A stretch of 64,000 nt of DNA, from assembly GCA_046313635.1 (NCBI GenBank), contig JBKBYA010000002.1:497904-561903 (forward strand), in the 5' to 3' direction. This document shows positions 57,022-64,000 of the stretch, one piece after another. A program made the position numbers and the translations under genes. Within the stretch, counting starts at the first letter, position 1, and every line of letters starts with the position of its first letter. Below the pieces are notes generated by a model. The model was not told the origin of the DNA. It worked only from the letters and a program-made list of their open reading frames with translations, and did not search any database. The stretch is from Pyrinomonadaceae bacterium (lineage in GTDB: Bacteria; Acidobacteriota; Blastocatellia; Pyrinomonadales; Pyrinomonadaceae).

Positions 57022-58626
57022 TTAGTGTTTAGTACGTCTTTGAGGATTGCTTGGATTTCTTGATCGAATTGCGTTTTCAAAGACTTGCCAGCCTGCTTCC
57101 CTTAAGCGACCTCCTGACATTGCCGGAGTACCTTGGCTTCTCATCCTGTCCCAAGCGTGTCCAAATTCATGGGCATCAACCATTTCATTGGTAACCGTAA
57201 GTGCGTTTCCGTCGCTTGTTTTGTCCTTTAGACCTCCACGATTCTTTGCCTCTTGGGTCACTATTTCGCCAGCGCGGGGATGAACGAAAATCTGAATATT
57301 GCCTGAAGAACTGTCTTTCCCCGACACTGTGAGCCCGCCGGCGTAAGTTCTAGTATTTAGGTCAATCTCATACCCGTTCACGTTTGTAAATTTCTCAGTC
57401 ACGCTAAATTCTACAACCGCGCTTGAATTCAGCATTTCAGCCATTCCGGTGCTAAATTCCTTGTTTAGATCATCGTCTCCAATCTTTTGCATTTTCGCCA
57501 CGTTCTCGTTTGAAAGCGAAAGTCTTCGACCATCAGCATCTACTTTAACGAGGGCAAATCGCTCCTCGCCAAGCGTATTTCTGATTCGCTGAAGGGCCGC
57601 TTTTCGTTCTTCTTCGTTCCCGGTAAGCCAGATTATCTCCCCTGATGGGTCGATATATTTCAGCGGGTTATTTATCGCGTATGGATATCGGTTCAACTGC
57701 TGCGGTTGGCTGAGGTATCGGTTCAGCATTGCCCTCGCCTTTTGTTCATCTCTTTCGTATTGAACTTCCGCAACAATTTTATATGGGTCGGGCGAAGTGA
57801 AACGCCCATGGTTGTAGCCGTAGTAACGAGCTTGCGCGAAATCCAAATCGATCTCATTATCCCGTTCATAGCCGGTGAATTGTTTGCGGATGGTGTCGCC
57901 GTCGTAACCTAAGCCCGTTGTGCGTTGGGCGGTGGAGATCTCTTCGCCGAATGGATGATAGTCATGCCTTGCGGTGACATTTCCATTCGCGTCGGTGTTG
58001 ATTCGCGGGGAGCCGAGGTGGTCGGCGGTGAGGTATGCGACCTTGGCATCCTGCACCGGCGCGACGACGGTTGAATACTCAGCAATAAGTTTCGCTCCGG
58101 CGTCGTAAACAAAAATCGTAGTCTCTCCGTTTGGCACGACTTTCTTCACTCGTTTTCCGTCGCCGTCAAAGTAATAAGTTCCAAGCGTTGCGCTGCTTGC
58201 GTTTGTAACTGCTACGTGCTTGTTTTCGGCGTCATACGTGAATGTTCTGCCTTCAGCGTCAGTGATGACATTTCCGGCTAGATCGTATGTCCAGCCTTGA
58301 CCGGTTGTGAAACGATTTTTCGTCGCGTCTATCTGAGGATTTGTGACGTTCGGGTTCGAAAAAGATGCGGGAAATGTTGTATTTGATTGGTCAAATCTTC
58401 GATTGCCGTATCTGTCGAATGTGTAGGTCTGCCGCCAAGTCGTCAGTTCGCAGCATTTTTTTCTTCGGCTGATTTAAGTCGGTTCAACGAGTCGTACACG
58501 TAGCTTTGAGTGAAAACTAGCGGTGATTGGTTGCTTCTTTGCACAGTGATTTGCTGACTTAAAACATTTCCGTTATTCTCCGTCGTGCCGTAGGAATAAT
58601 CAAGCTTCAGCAGATTCGTTGCATTA
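57022..58626 (-). pseudogene. Orphan Rhs module 1: truncated core + HExxH metallopeptidase-like C-terminal toxin
   Basis: DHLGSPR, YHPFGE, FTGYERD, NNPLKYIDPSG, AHEFGH; core continues upstream of 58149 with a frameshift near 58445-58461. Confidence 0.85.
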
Positions 58627-58627
58627 A

Positions 58628-58771
58628 GTATCCGCCATAAGCACACCAAGGCCGGCTTCGCATCCTCAGGGAAAGTTCGAACTGGTCAAGCTCCTCCCCC
58701 GCGAAAAGCAAAAGTTCTTCCTCCAATTCCTCGATACCGTCCTCGACAACCAACAAAAGCAAAAGACGTGA
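58628..58771 (+). pseudogene. C-terminal remnant of an XRE-family regulator
   Basis: RPASHPQGKFELVKLLPREKQKFFLQFLDTVL* resembles, from recall, the tail of XRE regulators at Rhs loci; no start or HTH. Confidence 0.5.
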
Positions 58772-58806
58772 GCAAAAAGATCGCCACACAAGAAAGGCTG
58801 TGGGTT

Positions 58807-59349
58807 TTATTTATTGATTCCGGTCGTACTTTGGCTGCTGGCGTTAGCAAGCCTTAGTCTCCAAACACGCTTAACCGTCTCTCCGACGGTCAGAGGCATT
58901 TGCTCGAACGACTTTGTTGTTACTCCTAGGTCAGCGCCGAGCTCTTCTCGTATCCTGTCGAACATCTCAAAGTAATCGAGCCAGTCTGGTTTCGTAAACC
59001 AGTTGCCCGAGGAATCATACTCGCGCCACTCGGCGAACCACCGAAGATGAACCGAATGATGAAGCTCACTCTTGGCAATTGATTCAATTTGGGTGAACAC
59101 GTCAATCATGGAATTGCCAGAGGCATCGACCTCCAACTTGCTATAGACGACTCGCGTGAGGTCGTCCAAGCTTTTGCATGATCGTAGTTCCTCGTCAGTG
59201 ATATTTACACCAAGCTCTGTTGCTAAGGTTTCCTTGAATACGTCGGTGTTGTCGAGCGAAAAGGCTCCACGCATATTTGGATCTAGTTCGGCGAGATCCG
59301 TCAGAATCTCGGAAAGGGACCCAAAGCTACTTATAGAGGCATCTTCCAT
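58807..59349 (-). CDS. Putative immunity protein for Rhs module 2, tandem acyl-carrier-protein-like
   Basis: Acidic, overlaps toxin stop; GAFSLD..ELGVNITDEE..KSLDDL and PDWLD..EELG..TVGE segments. Confidence 0.65.
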   Translation of the reverse strand: MEDASISSFGSLSEILTDLAELDPNMRGAFSLDNTDVFKETLATELGVNITDEELRSCKSLDDLTRVVYSKLEVDASGNSMIDVFTQIESIAKSELHHSVHLRWFAEWREYDSSGNWFTKPDWLDYFEMFDRIREELGADLGVTTKSFEQMPLTVGETVKRVWRLRLANASSQSTTGINK

Positions 59350-61507
59350 AGTTGTCTCCTGCTCTGTATCCACATTCAGCTTGGCACGCTGCGAAAGCGC
59401 CCGTTGCAAAACCTGCTTCAAGGGCTAATAGACCACCGGCAAGGACGGCACTGACTCTACCTGCGGTTTTGCCAAGATTGCTAACCCATCTGTTGCTTCC
59501 TGTGGGTGTGCCTCTAAGAGCAGAGGCTGCTCTGTGCTGCCAACTAGATTGGCCTGAAGGTGTGGCGCCACCAATCGGAGTTCTTGGGTACTGTCCAAAA
59601 AGAAGGTTCGCTCCTTGATTGAGAGCCGCCGCCACAGTGCCCGTAACAGTAAGCCCTTGCAGAACCTCACCAGTTCCCTCGGGTCCCACCGCATCTCCTA
59701 AAGCTCGCGCAGCAAGGTCGGGACGTGCGGTGTTCAAGCAACGAGAAATACAATTAGCGATTTCGCGCAGAATACTACAATCTCTTCCAGAGGAAGAGCT
59801 GTTGCCGCCTGATGGAACAGTACACGCTAGGCCTGCTGATGGATTCGGATTAAGGGAGCTAAAGGGCGAAGTACTGTTCTGCCCAAAGTCCATTAACGAC
59901 ATCGGCCCCGTATCAATGGTTTCCGATTCCGACGTAGATTGCACCGGGGTTTTGTCGCCACCAAAGTCCCAGGTTCCGCTCTTCTCGTTCCAACAGGCCC
60001 CGAGATCATCGACACACTCTCCGTCATAGTCTCCGAGTACATTTCCGTCCTTATCCGTATGCCACATCCCAGTAGGGTCGGTGAATTTAAGCGGATTATT
60101 TAATGCTCGTATATACAGGTTCCAAGATTGGGGCGTTATCCGTTGCTGATCGATAAACGGAGCATCTAGCGAAGTGAAGCGTCCGTGATTGTATCCATAG
60201 TAGCGAGCCTGCGCGAAATCGAGAGAAGATTCATTATCACGTTCATATTGGGTGAACTGTTTGCGAACGGTGTCAGCAGTGTAGCCGAGAGATTGGGTTC
60301 TTTGCGCCGTGTAAGTCTCTTCTCCAAACGGCATATAATCGTGCCTGGCGGTGATATTTCCATTTGCGTCAGTGTTGATTCGTGGTGAACCCAAGTGGTC
60401 GTTTGTCAAATAGCTGGTCTTTGCCGTTGATGCTGGCTCGACGATTGTTGAGTATTCTGCAACTAGCTTAGCAGACGCGTCATAGACGAAAACGGTTGTT
60501 TCGCCTGTGGACGGAACAACTTTCTTTATTCGCAAGCCATCGCCATTGTAAAAATACTGGCCGACGACGCCGCTTGAGTTAGTTACCTGAACTTGTTTGT
60601 TTTCGCCGTCATAGATGAACGTGCGGCCTTGCGGGTCGGTGGTTGTATTGCCGGCGGCGTCGTATTGCCAGCCGGTTGAGGACAGGCGGTTGTTGCTCGT
60701 GCTGATCGTCGGATTCACGATTGGAACGTCCGCCGGACAAACAGTCTGATTCGGCGGCGTGCCGCAGTTCTTCGGCAGCGTCTTCGTATTCGCCTCATCA
60801 AACCGCCGATTGCCGTAGCGGTCGAAGGTAAAGGTTTGTTTCCACGAAGGCGTCGGGTTGCCGTCGATGTTCTCGGTCGCGGACTTTAACCGGTTGAGTG
60901 AATCGTAATTGTAAGTCTGCACCGCGGTGAATCCGTTGTGGGTCGTGCCATCCTTCACAACCGTCGGCACGGTGATCGTCTGCTTTGTCACATTGCCGTT
61001 ATTGACCGCCGCTACGGCTCCGTATTCGTAATCGAGCTTGAGAAGGTTGGTCGCCACCTGCGTCGTGCCGAGAGCGATCCGTGTCGGCTGCAGGCGGGTG
61101 TTGAAGACGGTCGATTCCCATAGCCCGTTGCCGAGCTGCATCGAGGTGACGGCTCCTGCGGCGTTGTAGGTGAAGCTGCTGGCATAGTTCCAAAGACCGG
61201 CTCGGTTTGTGCACGCGGCGTTCGTCGCCGGATTGGCATCAAGGCATTTGCCGCTCTGCACGATCGAGAGATCGCCGCTCATGTCGAGAACATTCTTCAC
61301 CACCCGCCCGCTCGGGTAAGTCTCTTCGATCAAGGCGCCGGCAAGATTGCACGTGTAGCCGGTCGTGTAGCTCACCCCGGCGGTCGTCTGCTTGTGCGCC
61401 GTCACACGACCAAGGATGTCGAAGGCGGTGTATTCGGTTGTTGAGACGGACGAGCTAACTTTCGTCAGCTTGACTTTGCTGGATGAAATGCCGCCCGAGA
61501 CATTCAC
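59327..61507 (-). CDS. Orphan Rhs module 2: partial core + unknown Cys- and Gly/Ala-rich C-terminal toxin
   Basis: YD repeats, DHLGSPR, NNPLKFTDPTG; upstream in-frame TAA (VSYF*DG, 61514-61516) indicates truncation. Confidence 0.85.
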   Translation of the reverse strand: MNVSGGISSSKVKLTKVSSSVSTTEYTAFDILGRVTAHKQTTAGVSYTTGYTCNLAGALIEETYPSGRVVKNVLDMSGDLSIVQSGKCLDANPATNAACTNRAGLWNYASSFTYNAAGAVTSMQLGNGLWESTVFNTRLQPTRIALGTTQVATNLLKLDYEYGAVAAVNNGNVTKQTITVPTVVKDGTTHNGFTAVQTYNYDSLNRLKSATENIDGNPTPSWKQTFTFDRYGNRRFDEANTKTLPKNCGTPPNQTVCPADVPIVNPTISTSNNRLSSTGWQYDAAGNTTTDPQGRTFIYDGENKQVQVTNSSGVVGQYFYNGDGLRIKKVVPSTGETTVFVYDASAKLVAEYSTIVEPASTAKTSYLTNDHLGSPRINTDANGNITARHDYMPFGEETYTAQRTQSLGYTADTVRKQFTQYERDNESSLDFAQARYYGYNHGRFTSLDAPFIDQQRITPQSWNLYIRALNNPLKFTDPTGMWHTDKDGNVLGDYDGECVDDLGACWNEKSGTWDFGGDKTPVQSTSESETIDTGPMSLMDFGQNSTSPFSSLNPNPSAGLACTVPSGGNSSSSGRDCSILREIANCISRCLNTARPDLAARALGDAVGPEGTGEVLQGLTVTGTVAAALNQGANLLFGQYPRTPIGGATPSGQSSWQHRAASALRGTPTGSNRWVSNLGKTAGRVSAVLAGGLLALEAGFATGAFAACQAECGYRAGDNYGRCLYK

Positions 61508-61781
61508 ACCGTCTTAGAAATAACTCACATTTTGCGTCGGTTGGCAGGGGCGTTTGCAGCAACTGCGACTTTGAAAAGTTACTGATCCAAAAAGGATGCT
61601 GGGATGTTCTTTTGTCACTCAGCTCGGATGCCTTAAACGGCCAAAACAGCCGGCCGCACCCGTGCGCGCGACTATCGAGATCACTTCATAGATGACCCCG
61701 GTTTCTGCCTAGTGGGTCGAGCCGAGGGGGTCGGAGGAGGTCGAGAGTAGAGAATTGTCATTCACGAAATCTGAGACCCAG

Positions 61782-62174
61782 CTAAGGGAGGGGATCAGGT
61801 GCTGACCGGGTTCTGAAGAATAATATCCAGAAAACAGCGTTACCGGCGAAATACCAAATTGAGGGCAGGGCGAACGCCCAAGGAGAATACCTTAGTACCA
61901 TTACGGTATGATTAAATCCGTCCCCGGTTTCCACGAGATACGCGGTGATCGGTGTTAGCACATAGTGAAAAAGAACGAGTCCGGCTGCTAAAACCCGTCT
62001 ACCTCGTTTGGCGTCCGGGTTCAGCAGAAGAATTCCGGCGCCAAATGCCCAAACTGTGAGCAACGGTGTCGCGAACAACAGCGTACCGTGTCCCCCTCCC
62101 AACATCGTTACTGCAAACACGAAGCAACCCGCAAGGTAAAGAACGGTGAAAAGTAGTCTATAAAACAATCCCAT
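61782..62174 (-). CDS. Putative four-TM immunity protein for Rhs module 3
   Basis: AGGAG SD, follows toxin stop, GGGHGT loop, hydrophobic. Confidence 0.72.
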   Translation of the reverse strand: MGLFYRLLFTVLYLAGCFVFAVTMLGGGHGTLLFATPLLTVWAFGAGILLLNPDAKRGRRVLAAGLVLFHYVLTPITAYLVETGDGFNHTVMVLRYSPWAFALPSIWYFAGNAVFWILFFRTRSAPDPLP

Positions 62175-62192
62175 ACTTGCTCCTAAAATCGA

Positions 62193-63750
62193 TTACTCAT
62201 CGTCAAGAACCTTAACTTCCGTTTTGGTCTTCTTTTTTCGTCGCTTTACCTGACCGCTCGCACCAGCGGGTTTCCCATAGTTAACCGCGTAACGCATTAA
62301 CTCAAAAAGGATTTGCCGCTTCTCATTGCGTCCTTCAGTTTTCGCCCACTCTAAGAGCTTGTCGTTGATGAACCTATCATTTTCCCATGGAATCGGTCTT
62401 CTCAATGCCGTCAGCCTTCCGGAAGCAACAAGCGCATTTCTTGCTGCAAGGAGTTTCGCTAGTGTATCTCGCGCCATACGTACTGCCTTCTCTGGGTCAA
62501 ATGTCGTTTTGTCATATTTTGCCATTTCGTCGTAAGCCTTCTTAAGGCTATCGAGAGGATGTTGCCAATCCCAATTATCCGGAAGCGCTGTGCCCTGTCC
62601 TAAAAGTGCGTTAAAGCCTTCGTGAGAAAAAGAATCCTGCTGAGCGTGAAGATAAGTTCCTAACGCGGCTAATGCAGCGTCGCCCGAGCCTCTCATAGCT
62701 ATTCCTTCAAATTGTCCCCAAAGGTGATACCGCCGACCCTCTGTTGTGAAATGCCAATTGACTCTATTCCGATACCCAAAATCCAGCAAGCTATCCGTGG
62801 GCATCGCACCGAGTCCCGATTCCGGATCATCGAGCCATTGATTCGCATTGCCAATAACATTTCCCTGCGCCTCGCTAAATCCCACGACAACCGCTAGTGC
62901 AGCAGTCAAATCTCTGTGAACGTCCTCTTCGTAACCGCCCCCAGAATCAATAAACCCAAGTGGGTTGTTCAAGCAATACTGAAATCGGTTGTGAGTTGCA
63001 GGGGAATAGATGTCGGGCGCAACGGGGTCGGCGCTGTAAAAACGGCCTATGTGATTCGAATACCTTCGCAAGTTGGCGTAATCGAGATCGGGGCTCTCTT
63101 CGTCACGTTGGTAGACTGTGAATCTTCGCCGGACTGTGTCAAGTCCGGTCGTTCGCTGAGGCGTACTGATTTCCTGTCCGAACGGATAATAGTCGTGACG
63201 TGCCGTGACGTTCCCGGACTCGTCTGTGTTGGTTCTCGAAGAGCCGAGATAGTCCGTTGTCAGGTAGTTGACTTTGGCGTTCTCGACGGATTCGACCACT
63301 GTTGAGTATTCAGCGATGAGTTTTGCTCCGGCGTCGTAGACGAAGATCGTTACTTCACCGGTTCCGGGGACGATCTTTTTGACACGTTTTTCGTCTCCGT
63401 CGAAGAAATATTGGCCGATCACTGTGTTGTATTGGTCTCGGACTTCGGTCTGTTTGTTCTCGCCGTCGTAGATAAACGTGCGGCCTTCGGGGTCCGCGGT
63501 TGTATTGCCGGCGGCGTCGTATTGCCAGCCAGTTGAGGTGAGTCGGTTGTTGGCGGTCGAAATGGTCGGATTGCAGATCGCTTCGGGGCAGTTCGGGTCC
63601 GGGAACGTCGTGTTCCCGTTCGCAAAATCAAACCGCCTGTTGCCGTGTCTATCAAAAGTAAAGGTGTGTTTCCACGACTGACTCTGTGAACCTTCGTTCG
63701 GAGTGACCATCTCGTTTGCGTCCTTTAGCCGATTCAGCGAATGGTAAGCG
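62193..63750 (-). CDS. Orphan Rhs module 3: degenerate core + Zn-phospholipase-C-like C-terminal domain
   Basis: Core motifs decayed (DYLGSSR, FTVYQRD, IDSGG); toxin has DVH...WHF...YLHAQQDSFSH; Rhs similarity begins about 63750. Confidence 0.78.
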
Positions 63751-64000
63751 CTGTTTTCTAGCCCCACTTGGAATACGCTGCTGGTGCGTCCGCATATAAT
63801 GACTCTCAGTATGGTATTAGCTTGCGGAATCAATTTGTCCGGCAACTGCAATTTCCTAAGGTAGATAAGGTTCCTTTTTGGGGAACCGGAGAAATGACAG
63901 CCAAATCACTGCTTGTCCAGTTAGATACCATAATACCGTAAAAATGCAGTATAAATTATTGATTCGCATTACCATGGCTAACCTACCGCTATCGCCACTT

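Overview
High-GC bacterial chromosomal window. It is probably Acidobacteriota (Blastocatellia/Pyrinomonadaceae-like), but that is only an impression from gene content and style. Left to right: (1) 1-8.5 kb, a minus-strand exopolysaccharide locus (wza, wzc, GDP-mannose-3,5-epimerase-like, UDP-glucose dehydrogenase, GT2, FkbM methyltransferase, GT4); (2) mutS, nagZ, a peptide ABC-binding lipoprotein and tRNA-Gly/tRNA-Cys; (3) a DUF305 + LVIVD pair; (4) a six-gene two-component/c-di-GMP/sigma54 signalling cluster; (5) about 28 kb (27.9-56.0 kb) of minus-strand redox genes; (6) a decayed Y1 transposase and an array of three truncated Rhs toxin/immunity modules. Block 5 begins with an uncharacterised 9-gene cluster: tandem GlcG heme-binding protein, four multiheme c cytochromes carrying 29 heme motifs (one fused to an FHA domain), a cNMP/Fe-S/membrane protein, a ferredoxin-TrxB-like flavoprotein, and secreted Cys-rich and zinc-ribbon proteins. 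It continues with a TPR protein, a GltD-like oxidoreductase, korA/korB, an NrfC-NrfD fusion and a molybdopterin oxidoreductase. Most striking observations: (a) a stop-free 24-bp REP-like palindrome sits in frame inside four different redox genes and adds roughly 40-60 aa loops; (b) two toxin-antitoxin cassettes each lie between a dead copy of the 5' end of the next gene and its intact copy; (c) the FHA/cNMP-linked multiheme cluster looks like a signal-gated transmembrane electron conduit; (d) one Rhs immunity-position gene looks like a tandem acyl-carrier-protein mimic. All family assignments come from motif recognition by eye, with no database search.
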